From NCBI RefSeq assembly GCF_018977255.1, contig NW_024704742.1, positions 54,810,001 to 54,874,000 of the forward strand: DNA of 64,000 nucleotides, written 5' to 3'. Positions 38,881 through 51,104 of this stretch are shown here, piece after piece. The notes under the pieces are model-generated. The model had not been told where the DNA came from, ran no database searches, and was given only the letters and a program-made list of their open reading frames with translations. The position numbers and the translations under genes were made by a program. Position 1 is the first letter of the stretch; each line of letters begins with the position of its first letter. This DNA is from Callorhinchus milii (taxonomy: Eukaryota).

Positions 38881-39328
38881 TCGGTAGTTAATATTTTACT
38901 AACATTTACTAAAGACAGAGAATTTCTCTGAAAATGTTGCTGTAGTTTTGGTATACTTTGCTGCCACCTACTGGGATATTAGTAGTAGTCAAATTAGTAA
39001 TCTTGAATTTCAATTTAAATTCACTTTGGTTGAATAAGCCTCTTGAGTATACACTATATGGGAAGGTAATGTTTTTGCCTTCCACAAGTGAGTTATTTTC
39101 TGTTCATCTCCTGTCTCTGCTGTTAATGATTTCTACTAATGCTGATGTTCCTGGTCTAATTTGTTATTAAAGCAATACGTTTTGTATAATAATAAACTTA
39201 AAGATTAAACTGACTGCTTTGATGCAATTATTTTTTTTAATTCATGCACTATTGCCTGCTCCTATCATGCTACTAAAGTAGTTAGATTGTCATTATTGTC
39301 AGTAATTTTCTGCTTTCTATCTATTCAG

Positions 39329-39397
39329 GGCTACAAATCTTCACAGCAACACCCCAATTTCAAAATTTGCCTGAAAAAGGAGTTCTTCAATAGATAA
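39329..39397 (+). CDS. MICU3: MICU3 last coding exon, GYKSSQQHPNFKICLKKEFFNR*
   Basis: Acceptor ctattcag, stop TAA at 39395-39397. FKxCLKKE contains the C-terminal-helix cysteine that MICU proteins use for inter-subunit disulfides. Confidence 0.95.
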   Translation, partial: GYKSSQQHPNFKICLKKEFFNR

Positions 39398-39589
39398 GTA
39401 TGTTGGATTGACAATTTGCTTTTAACTAGACATTTATTTGACACCTGCATGAGTGATGCGAGTATTGTTTTATTGTGTTATGACCATAGTCACGCATTGG
39501 ACTGAACACGAGGTTGGATTGTGCCAGTGAGGTCTAAAAGTCCTCTACCCTCATCACCTCTTATTTGTTGGCTTCAAAAACTGTTCCAT

Positions 39590-40180
39590 AGGAGCATAGG
39601 AACACAAGAACAGGAATAGGCCATTCAGCCTGTCGAGCCTGTTCAGCCATTTAATTAGATCATGGCTGATCTATATCTTTACTAGAATTTCAAATTCTAT
39701 CTCCCGCTTACCTTATCCCTTAATACCCCGACCTACCAAAAATCTATCAACCTCACTCTTGAAGGTGTGGATGGATCCAGCATCCACGACCTTTTGGGAG
39801 AGAGAGTTTCAGATTTCTACCACCCTTTGAGTGAAAAAATGCTTCCTGATTTCACTTTTAAATGGCCTGGTTCTAATCTTAAGACTATGTCCCCTTGTTT
39901 TGGATTCCCCAACCAGAAGAAACAGCTTCACTGTATCTACCGTATCAAATCCCTTTATCATCTTAAATACCTCAATCAAATCGCCCCTCAACCTTCTAAA
40001 TTTAAGGGAATGCAATCCAAGATTATGCAGTCTTTCCTCGTAACTTAACCCTTTTAGATCTGGTAGTATTCTGGTGAACCTGCGCTGCACCCCCTCCAGG
40101 GCTAATGTATCTTTCCTGAGTTGTGGTGCCCAAAACTGAACGCAGTACTCCAGATAGGGTCTGACTAACGCTCTATACAG
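39590..40180 (-). mobile_element. CR1 LINE 3' end
   Basis: ORF 39809..40228: LYRALVRPYLEYCVQFWAP..LEGVQRRFTR..RGDLIEVFK..KTRGHSLKI..HFFTQRVV. Tail antisense: cataggagcataggaacacaagaacaggaataggccattc. Confidence 0.92.
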
Positions 40181-40329
40181 CTGTTTGTTTGTTTTTGTAA
40201 AAAAAAATACAAACAGATTTTTCTCCACGGAAACCCCTGAATGTGAACATCACCAAATAGCTCCAAATCAGTACCTTACTGGAGCCAAGATCTTGTGAGT
40301 AATTTCCTTGCAAGCAAGGATTTCCAAAG

Positions 40330-41520
40330 AGTAGTTGTGTGTCATCCACATACATGTGGAAGTTAAACCCATGCCTACAGATGATCTTACCAAGCGGGAG
40401 CACATAAATATTAAAGAGCTGAGGGCAAAGGACAGAGCTGTTCGCGATGGTTGAGAGTGTTGGGGGAGAAAGCATAAGCGGACACAAAGTAGAGACGATG
40501 GGCAAGGTAAGAGTGAAACTGAGAGGAGAGGCGGTGGAGAAGATTAAAATTAGTCAACCGTGTTGAAAGTGGTGGAGAGAACGAGAAGGGTGAGGAATTA
40601 GAGTCACAAATGGACAGAATATTATTTGTAACTTTGACTAAGTCTGTCTCTGTCCTGTGGGCTGCACAGAAAGCAGCTTGGAGGGGTTCACATACAGGGG
40701 GTGTCAGGAGAGGAAACAGCAAAGCTGGGAAGCAATGACTCTTTCCAGAATCTTGCTAAGAAAAGGAGGTTTGGAGATTGGATGGTAAACAGATGGGTAA
40801 AGGGAAGGTTTTTTTAGGGCAAAGGAGATGATTTGCTTTGGAGAAGAGCCTGGGGTTGTCTTTGGCCTCCAGGATGATTCTGGAGAAGGACGATGATTTA
40901 GCTGAGGTAAGGGTGGAGCAGTATTGATGAGATCAGCCAAATCTGGCGGTGCTCCGTTTGGTCGGATTTGAGCCAAATTAGTTCAGTAGCCCGCACCTGC
41001 AACTTGAGGGAGTGGAGGTGGCTTATTTGGGAGTAGGAGGTGGTGCAAGAGGTGTTGGGGGCAATGGTGTCGAGGATATTAAATAGAGAGTTGTGAAGGA
41101 GGGTGACAAAGGAGGTAAGGTTGTTTTGGGAAGAGGACCAAAGGGGCAGGAGATCAGATGACAAGAGCAGCGGAGAGGGAGTGGGCAGTGAATTTTTTTC
41201 CAGGGACAGAAGGAGATGGAAATGGGTTGGGTGCAGGGAGTGGGATGGAGGAGCTAAGGGAGATTAAGTAATGGTCCAAGATGGCTTCATAGTGATGTCT
41301 GAGATGTTGAGGCCCTGAATAATCACCAGGTCAAGGGGGTGTCTATGGATGTGGTGGTGTTCATGAGGGAGGAAGAGATTGAGAGAGGAGGGAGAAGTCA
41401 GCAGAGGTGGAGCAAGGAGGGGTGAAGTGGAGGTTGAAGTCATCCCAACAGGAGGCATTTGGAGCAGAGGCTGAGGGAAGGTAGAAGTGCTGGAGAGACG
41501 ATAGATGAGGAGATGTTTTA
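40330..41520 (-). mobile_element. L2 LINE internal fragment (endonuclease end to RT), degraded
   Basis: Minus ORFs: DFNLH, GHPLDLVI-like, YHPISKPPFLSKILERVIASQL, HRTETDLVKVTNNIL, SVLCPQLFNIYVLPLGKIICRHGFNFHMYVDDTQL. Confidence 0.85.
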
Positions 41521-41569
41521 GGCAGGGATTCGCGGATGGTATAGAGTGAGATGTTCAAAGGAGGAGATA

Positions 41570-41940
41570 GACTGCGTGGAGTATACTTTGCAACCAAAGG
41601 ATCCAATATGGAATGTAGATTGACGCACAGACAGACATTTCGTTTAGATATTATACTCATCTGGGAGGACTCAGTGGGAGGACTCCTTTAATATATTTTC
41701 TCTCTCACTCTCTCTGTCAGTCCCACATGGGAGGACTCTAGCTTCCATGACAACCAGAAAAAAGTGCCATACATTTGTTGCAGAATATAGATGTACAAAA
41801 AAAATGCCCTTGACACTGCCAGTTGCAAGACCTTCTCAATGAGATATAAATTATGTCTCTATATCAAGCAGTTATTCTGTTATTGTCAGATAGACAGACC
41901 GACATTGTTTTATTAGTATATATATATATATATAGATAGA
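41570..41940 (-). mobile_element. probable non-autonomous Helitron
   Basis: Minus-strand start A|TCTATATATAT..ACTAATAAAACAATGTCGGTCTGTC is Helitron-like. 41585-41685 is the reverse complement of 48800-48897, which ends in hairpin + CTAG|T. Confidence 0.55.
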
Positions 41941-43426
41941 TAGATACAACATCGAGAATTAAGCACGCTATATATAGTGGAGTATCTATCTGATTTCTGC
42001 AGTGCTTTTGATTATATTTTAATGGGCTACAAATAACTTTTCATCATGCTGCATGGGTTTCAGTTGTTTGCAGATTGAGTTGGAGAAAGCTCGGACAAAC
42101 AATTATATCATACTGTGAACATTGACTCTAATACTGGCATATCCTGCACATGTAAACTTAATTAGCAGTGGGGGGCCTGTACTTAAATCAGATCTCTTAC
42201 AATAACAGTAATCAGATTAGTGAGGTTTTGGTATATGCCTGTCTGCTAATAAAGATTTATGTCAGAAGCCTGGAGAATGGAATCTGCTCTTTGCTGAATT
42301 GTCATGGTTGAGCTCGTAGCATTCTCATCACTGCTATACCAAATGTAAGGATTATTATTATTATTTCAAAGCCAATATAGAACTGGGACATGAGCAAACA
42401 CACGCAAGTTCATACATTTTATTACAGACCAGGATTAGCCAGTCTCCCCCTTGGTAGACCTGTGGCTCCATATATGTCACTACTTGTATCCATGGATGGA
42501 CCAATATTTGCGAATTTGTTCTTGCTGGGATTGAGGCAATAGTATTTCTCTCTCACGCTCCAGCAAGAGGATGAAATACAACAGTGCATATGTTTCCTTT
42601 GCAGTTTTGCTGCTGCAATACCATGCCTACAATTAGCTTTCTCTTGCTGGAAAAGGAAAGGGAATGTAGATGTCTGTATTTTGGTATTGCCATCATCCCA
42701 GTTGGGAAGTCTGATAACAACAAAATAAAGGAAGAGAAGACAATGGACAAAATAAAAAATGTAAGACAACAATAATGAAATAATCCTTGCATTTGAAATA
42801 GCTTGTTATTGCATTGCCATCAATATCTCAAAGGGATTAACAAGATTTATGATAGAGTGAAGTACTCGTATTTGTAGAGACAAAAATAGTGCATTTCTTC
42901 CAACCTCCCCCATCCCCACCTGTATTTTAGTTATCGTCTGTACCAATGCTCTGAGGTGCCATTCATTAAGTACTGGATAAAAATGGTCTAGGATAACTAC
43001 CATTACCATTTCCTTCTCTTCATGGGGAATTTCCTGGCCTCTTTTCAGTAACTTCCTATATTGAGATTGTGTGCAAAATTCAGATTTGTGGCTTGTCATT
43101 TGTAGTGTAGTGAGTTTAAATGTTCTTGGGATACAAAATAAAAGAGCTACAGTTCAGGAAGAATACATGCAGTGATATAAATCCTAATTACAACTCTTGC
43201 CTAGAATGGAGGATTTCTTCCAAAATGCTTGGGCTAAATTCTACCTAATATTCTTTGACCAGCCATTTTCCTCAACTATTGTAGTTACTTCTGTCTCACA
43301 CTGCTTTCCGTTCTTGTTGGATTACAGTGTAATTTTAAGCAAAACTAATATAGAAAATTAGCTTATTGTGTATCTTTAAAATGATTATTTAGTTTTGTTT
43401 ACTTTTTTAAAATCTTTTCACCACAG

Positions 43427-44555
43427 GTGGTCAAGTTGCAAGACAGTGAAGGTTACTGCATGTGTGTGCATAAAAAAATGAACAAACACTTGAAATTTTC
43501 AAGGCAATGAAGAATAAGTTCACTAGGTGATGATCTTGACTTTTGCAGGAAGTCACAGAGTACAATGGTAAGAGGCCATTGGACGAATTCACTTTCAAAT
43601 CCCTCCACAGCCTCCCTCTACACGTCTGCAACCCTAATGCCTGGCTGCTCAATGTGTTCAGTGCAAAACAGCCTGCTTCTTGTCCCCTTCCAATCAGTAT
43701 GGGAGTTTTCAGCCACTATACCCCTGCTCGGGCTCCGTCTGATGCGTGAAGTGCTTTGAGCCATCTTCCAGTGTGAAAGGGGCTGTATAAATTGTTACAT
43801 CTTAAACGTGTCATAAATCTCCTACTTGAGGTTGCAGGCATATCAATAGAGTAAATTTGCATGAAGCACACAAAAAAATGTTGTACTGCTTAAATGCTGG
43901 GTGCTATTTATTGCATTGAGAGTGCTCAATAAATTGGTAAAATAACAGCATCGTGAATTTCAGTAACAGATCATTTCCTGATTATTTAAAGTAGGTGTAG
44001 AAGTATGTATCATGATCACAGATCTGCTATATGCTGCATTGTGCTGGTAGTTCATTAATTAAAAACTTTGCAGTGTAGCTTTTTTTACCTGACTATCAAA
44101 TTTGAGGTTAGGTTGGCACAATACAATTCCATACAAAACATGGCTAGCACCATATTTCTAGACTATTGTTTGCATTTAATGTAATATGTTATTAAAATGC
44201 AAAGGTGTATTGTGCTGTTGAACCTGGGGTACTTTTGTTTGCTTATTGAAGAATTTAGTTGAAACATAGGCAAGAAAATATTTTATTGTTTTGTTTCCAT
44301 AGTTGAGTTATATAATTATGTATTGATGTAAACAAATATTGAAATAATTGAATACATATACTTTTTAGGAAAAATTTAATCACGTCTCAAAAAGGAACAT
44401 CAACAAGTCATTATTGTGCTGTTGTATCTGATAACAAAAACTGTTAATACATATTTGTGTTTTAAATTCGTTTTTAAAATAGTATTGTGTGTTGTACCCC
44501 ATACTCGGCACACTTTCTTTCACTGAAAAATAAACTATGCATAATTTAGTTTTAA
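43427..44555 (+). other. MICU3: probable MICU3 terminal non-coding (3' UTR) exon
   Basis: Donor gtatgt directly follows the stop codon. Strong acceptor ttttgtttacttttttaaaatcttttcaccacag ends at 43426. AT-rich, repeat-poor body; AATAAA at 43928 and 44529, the latter followed by a T-rich tract. Inferred, with no transcript evidence. Confidence 0.55.
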
Positions 44556-45264
44556 CTTATTTTATTTTGTGTTAGGCGAGGTTTGCTGTGCATAATTCTG
44601 CAAATGTGAAGAGACCTTAATGAGCATGGTTATAATTGAATGTGGAGTATTGTATATTCTTCAAAGATCAGATTTACAGCAAATTAAAATATATTATGGT
44701 CAACATGGTGTTGCATTGAAATTCAAGATTTAGTGCAGTAAATGTGACACGTGACCCCCCTCATGCCCTTCTCAATGCCAAAGTCCATGAATTTTTTGGA
44801 GTTTGATATTTAGTAACAGCTAGTATCCCATTAATCAGCAATTGGTTCATAGGATAGAAGTCCAGTCTTTACAGATTTCACCATTGAGAATGGGGGGCAA
44901 GTGTATAAAACACATAATTCCTTGATGCGAAATATGGCTAACAAAGGAAAGCTGCTTTGGTTGGTTATCTAAACAAAGTACGTGTACTTTGATTAATCTT
45001 TCAAAATTAGCATTATTGTTAAAAAAACGATGCTTTTTATAGAAGGGGAAAAATAGTTGTGGATTTTGTGACTAGTTTGACAAAAAGGATGAAAATCACA
45101 AAGTCCATAATTTGAGTGCTGCGTAGGACAGAGTACATCCATATGATTGTATTTTGTTTTTATGTAACTGGTAAATGAAAAATTTTCAAAAGTTATAGTT
45201 TAAGATTTTCAGTCCATTTCGAGGTCCTGTATCAGTTATAATCTGTCTGACCTTCTCAAACTCA

Positions 45265-46615
45265 CCTAGTGTGCAACCTTGGCATCCAGACCAATCTTCA
45301 GCTCTCGTTTTTCCCTGATGTTCGGTCACTGACCAATTCCTCTTTTCTTCACCTCTACCACATTGGCCACCTCCACCCTAATCTCTCACCAAATTACTAC
45401 CAACACACTTATTCACGCCTTTGTGTCCCACTGAGACTTTTTAAAGCACTCCTCACTGGTACCCCTAGCTCCGGCTTCCACAAGCTCCAGATAATCAAGA
45501 TAATTTTTTAAAAAATGTTAAAAACTAAAGGGATATGGAGATAGGGCGGGTAAATGGAATTAGGTTAGAAGATCAGCCATAATCTTAATTAATGGCGGGG
45601 CAGGCTCAAGGGGCCGAATGTCCTACTCCTGCACCTATGTTCTTATCCAAACTTCCATCACCCAAATCCTCATCCACACCAAACTCCACACGCCCAATAT
45701 CCCATTGCTTGCCAGAATGCACTTGTTCCCTGACTCCCAATGGATCAATTTCAAGGTTTTCCCCTACATCTATCAATCCGTTCACACCCTAACATTTCCC
45801 TATCTCTGATCTCTATGTCTCCCAGCTACAACATGCACAGGATTCGGCTGATACAAAATTCCGCCGCCCGCATATTCACCCCCATCACACCGGTTCTAGC
45901 CAGGCTCCACTAGCTCCCTATCCTAGGCGAACAGGTTGATTTAAAGATTCTCACACTCGTTTTCAAATCCTTCATGGGCTGGCAACTCTCTATCTCTCCA
46001 ACCTGTTAAGCCCCAACCCACTGCCTCCACTCGACTGGCTCTGGCCTCTTGCATGTCCCCCGTGCCCTCTGTTCCACCATTGGTGACTGCGCTTTCAGCC
46101 ACTATGCCTGAAACTCTGGAACATTCTTCCTCCATCCTCTGCCTTTCCCCTTCCCCATCATCACGTCGCGCCTGAAGACCTACCTATTTGACCGTGCCTA
46201 CGGTCACCTCCCCCTTTGTGCTTCGCCATTGTCAAACGCAGTGGGATGCTACATAATGTTGAAGGCGTTATATAAATGCAAGTTGTTGTTAATCTTCTAC
46301 GCCACTTCTCTGCTCGCCCTCCTCCCTCAACTATCTCAGGCTTTCTGCATGTCCCTGCCCAGTACACCACCACCAGTGACCGAGCCGCCAGAATTTACGC
46401 CCCAAGCCTCTAGAACTTCCTCCCTCTACCTCTCTGACTCACCCTTTCTCTATGTATTGTTAAAATTCGCCTTAAAACCTACCTCTTTAACTGCACCTGT
46501 GGTCACTTCCCTTTCCTCCTCTGCCCTCAATGTCTGATCCTATCTTTGTATAGCACTCTGAAACATCCTTTGTGAAGAGTGCTATATAAGTGCATGTTGT
46601 TGTTGTAGTTGTTGT
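45265..46615 (+). mobile_element. cluster of L2 3' fragments with a CR1 tail inserted at about 45525-45645
   Basis: VCNLGI, HKLQII, ccggttctagccaggctccactagctccc and two L2 tails (near 46260 and 46580). CR1 tail gatcagccat..ggggccgaatgtcctactcctg. Confidence 0.75.
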
Positions 46616-48629
46616 AAATCAAATAAAGTGCAGTAATGCTTAAAATAATCATTTTCCTTGTTTCTTTTTTTGGTTGTAAACGCAATTTAGGCCCTTCAAT
46701 AATTTATGGAAGTGATAAACAAAGATATAGCATGACTGTTTAATTTTTTTAATGAGAAAAGAGTAAGTGATGGCTATGTCCAAGGATTATTGAAAGTTAA
46801 CATTGAATTAACTGGATGCAGGTGTGCCCCCACTTGCCAAGTGAATTGCAATATAGGTTTTCTTTCTTTGTTACTCAACAGTAATATATTTCCGAATGAA
46901 TATTGGAAAGCATCCCTATACTATTACAATGCTGATTTCGAGTTTCAAATCACAGACATCCCCAAGAATCTAGGTTGCTAAATGCTTGAACACTGCATTA
47001 ATTTTGTTTGACTGATCATACAGGGTTTTGTACATGAACTAAATTAAAATAATTCTGCTGTCAACCTACAAATAGTATTTTGCTTCAAAACACTAATTGG
47101 TAAATAATATGGTGTGTTCAAGAATAAATCAAGTTTGTAGATAACAAGGAGGTTTTTTAAATAGAAATAGCTGCAATGAAAAGTGATGCGCACGCCAACA
47201 TTCTATACGTTGGCACAAAAAATAGAATGAATGTGACTGGCATTCATATCTTAGGTTTTGAGAGAAAAAAACCTTTGAGGGAGAAAATACTTTAGCTGAG
47301 CAACTGAGAAGGAAATGTAGGAGGAAGTAGGAGGAAATGATGGTTATTTAGAGTAAAGAAAACAGTACAAATATAATAAAAGATTCAAATAGGGTCAATA
47401 GAGTCTTCTTGAAGTTTGGGTTTAAATGCTTTTGTACTCATGCAAGGAGCAATAGGAGTAAACTATTGGAATCAGCGGTGCACAAAACTATTAACATCTT
47501 AGAAAAATAGTTGCATATAGAAGGGAGCTGATAGAGTATTGATTATCTCGAAACGAAAATTTCACCTAAGAAAACTTCCATTCCTTAGCCACGAGTTTTC
47601 AACCTTGAAGGATAACTGTTTTGGAGACGTGTCATAACTTTAACCTGCATTGGAACTTTGCTAGCATCTTTGGATGACATAACCGTTCGTAGGTATGTTA
47701 TAGTTTGGGTCTCAGCTGCATTATGAGGACCTCCCTCCTCCTCAATGCTATTTGGGTTTGTCTCCAGCAGTGAATTTATAATGGAAAATGAAGAAGAAGA
47801 ATTGCTTGCTTTGTGCATTCTGCTTGTCAAATGAAGCACCCTCCATATACCAATCTCCCACCCACTTGGCCCCACAGGGCTTGCAGCATGTGTGTAAGCC
47901 TGCTAATTATGGGACTCCAAGGCAAAACAAACTCGTTCTTAATGCATGAGTTCCCCTTCATAGCACACAAGAAGAAAAGATCACGTTCATCAATGTGAGG
48001 TGATGCCAAAGATGTTGGTCATAAAGGGGCATAGCCTCATGATTTTTCAGCCATGAACTAAAGTGGATTGGCTCCAGTCGGGTGTGGAAAATGCTTCATT
48101 CAAAATTGGGAAATGTACTATGAGGGAGATAATCTTTCTTGATTACCAAGTACCACTAATTTGATTCAACTGATGAGACCTAGAATTTGGCTAGAAGGAA
48201 TATAACGTCACCAAGAAAGGTAGGATTTTATCTTCAGAATAAAGGCTATATTCCACATATTGTTTGTTGGTTCTTTTTGTCACTTTACACATATTCTGTA
48301 AGGAGATCAATTCAATCCCACCTCCCAACCTTATCCCCTTCTGACTCAGTGGCCAGAGTGCTACCAACTGAGTCTAATTAAGTCTATCTCATTCTTTCCG
48401 CCCTATCATTTCTCAACTAAATCCAGTTGTACAGTGTCCTGTCCTAAACCAAGGCTTCTGAGCTTCTGATTTGGCAAAATGAAGTGATATCCTGTTTGCT
48501 TTGACCAGCAACTTCAATGTTGGTTCAGGCTTTTTAGGTGAGTGATGGGTCATTGAACATCTATTTCAACTTCCTCCTTACTATCCCATTCATGGAGTCC
48601 ATGCATCTCCTATTCTATTTCTACCTATT

Positions 48630-48924
48630 TTGCATATGTATGTACGCACACACTGCAGTTACATCTGGTGGCGCGCCGGCTGACTGGCGCTGTGGCATTC
48701 TGCATCATAGAACACACATGTGGCCAAGCGGCGGGAACAAAATAAAGAACACAGACGAAGCTAAGTGGCGGCAACAACAAAATTACATTTTTAAAGCACC
48801 GAGTCCTCCCACAGGTGTTCTCCCAGATGAGTATAGATAAAGATGAAATGTCCGTCTGTGTGTCAATCTACATTCCACATTGGATCCTTTGGTTGCAAGT
48901 GTAACTGCAACGAGTACAGCTAGT
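48630..48924 (+). mobile_element. probable non-autonomous Helitron, 3' end intact
   Basis: Hairpin GTTGCA(48892-97)/TGCAAC(48906-11) followed by GAGTACAG-CTAG|T (48920-24). The internal segment recurs inverted at 41585-41685. Confidence 0.55.
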
Positions 48925-48989
48925 ATAATTATATATATATACACATATGTATACACTAGCTGTACCAGGCCCGAGAGATAGGGAGGTGC

Positions 48990-49290
48990 AATGCCCTATC
49001 TCTCCGACCTTCTTACCCTACAACCTGCTGCCTCCACTCGACTGACTCCGGCCTTCTGCATGTCCTTCGTGCCCACTGTTTCACCATTGGTGGTCGCACT
49101 TTCAGCCACTAGCCCTGAAACTTTGGAACACTGTCTTCCTCTATCCCTCCGCCTTGCCAATTCCTTCCCCATTTTCAGATCGTGCCTACGGTCACCTCTC
49201 CCTCCTCCTGGCTCAGTGTTGTGCTCTGCCGCTTTCAAGTGCTCTGGGAAGCTTCCCTGCATGAAGTGTGCTATATAAATGCTTGTTTTA
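48990..49290 (+). mobile_element. L2 3' fragment with tail
   Basis: ORF 48991..49278 PYLSDLLTLQP.., ttcagccact..aaactttggaac, tail gtgctatataaatgcttgtt. Confidence 0.8.
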
Positions 49291-50339
49291 TTTTTAATAT
49301 ATACAATGTATATATAGGGAAGGGTGAGTATGGACCTCTGAGTTGCTCCATTTAATATCGCCTCCAATATGTCCTAAATTCCATAACAACCATCCTCTGT
49401 TTCCTCTCCTTTAGCCATTCTTATTACATATCCATATTTTATCCCTCCAGTCATTGGTAAATTTACTGTTGTAGACAGGAAATGGAGTCAATAACTGGAA
49501 AATTCCTCTTTCCTCTAATCCCAAATAATGCCTTTACGTTTCAATTATAAACATTCTGATCGATTTTACAAATACATTTCAAACTGGCTTCCTTATCATC
49601 AACACTTTCCTGCACTAACAGCATCAAAATAAAATCATATATTGTAAACTGTCAGATGGATGTTGAAGATCCTATCACAATATATAAAAAGAGAGTTTGC
49701 CCTGGCCGACAATCCCCCAGATAAAACTGGTCATTCATCTTATGGCAGTTTGTTGGAAATTGCTGTGTGCAAAATTGGCTGCTGCGTTTAGCTACAAATT
49801 ACATAGTCTCTACACTTTACAGAGAGCATTTTGAGATGTCCTCCTGATGTGAAAGGCACTAAATCAATTGCAAGGATTACAGCATCATTATTATTAGATA
49901 TAACGCTATAAAGTACAATTTTCTTTCAGTTTTGTTAATACTTGTTATGAATATTCACTTTACAATTACATTGTATTTCTTGTGGGCAGGAACAAAATGG
50001 GAAGCAACCTGATTGCCAGATTCACAATATTGTAAAATACTCTATGTTCGATCTTTTCGTAGATAAAATGAGTACTCTGGAACAGCAAGCACATTAAAAG
50101 GCCACATTTTGCATGAGTGGTAATGATAGCTATGTGGGAAGAAGCTCATAATATCCACTAATGACAGGAAAACAAGGATAGTATTAGACAAGAATTCTTA
50201 AGATCTGCAAATATATAAGATTTGGGCAAATAAAACAAACTGGAAGTTAATAATACTTGATGGGAATAAGGGAATCAAAATGAAATTCAAGGGGGAAATA
50301 ATTTAGACTGTTATTGCTGTGAATTAGTAATTAGCAGAA

Positions 50340-50650
50340 CAACAACAACAACAAGATTTCATTTATAGAGCACCTTTCACGTCGGGAGGACGTCCCAAGA
50401 CACTGGACAATTGGGTCGGGACCTGAGCAGGGGGGAAATGGTCAGGGTGAGGGGAGGGAAGGGAGGGAGCGAGGAGGGGGTAGAGAGTCGAGAGGGGAGC
50501 TGAAGGCACGGTCGAAGAGAAAGGTCTTGAGACCGGCCTTGAAGGAGGAAAGGGAGGAGGCGGCGAAGGCACTGGGGGATGGAGTTCCAGAGCCGAGGGG
50601 CTGAGAGGCTGAAGGCCCGGCCACCGATGTTAGGGCGGTTGGGGTGGGGG
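50340..50650 (-). mobile_element. young-looking L2 3' end
   Basis: (AAC)n tail, gcacctttcacgtcgggaggacgtccca, SSFKAGLKTFLFDRAF; CpG-rich. Confidence 0.85.
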
Positions 50651-51104
50651 AGAAAGGGTCACGTTCCTCGGGATAGACTGATGTATAGGTAATTCATAGG
50701 CTGGGAATATCATGTAGCAAGAGTTTGCAGACAAAGAATATTCTGAATGCCACTTAAGGGTTATCAATCATTTGATGGATGATTTTTCAAAGTAGATGCA
50801 ATGGGAAACATTGTCAAAATTTAAAGTCCTGAGCATCCAGAATAGCAAAGCTCAAGGTTAATCCTTGATCTTTGCTGAGTTAACAAAACAGCTGATACTG
50901 TTGGCCCAATGCTCCCAAGCTTAGGGAAAATAAACCTCCTGAACACTGCCCTGGAACTTGTTCTGGAGCCATAAGGAGGTTAGACTTGTCTATGATCACT
51001 GTGCAGTTGAATAGCTTGCCAACACACATTGGCCAGACTCCCATGTGACAAAAGGCCACTTGCATGAGGGACCAGATGGTCACCGCTGTCTATAGCACTC
51101 TATG

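Noticed and set aside
47580..48090. Apparently non-LINE/SINE segment with short ORFs on both strands, possibly a DNA-transposon remnant
   Set aside because: No recognisable motif, TIR or second copy in the window to support a call.
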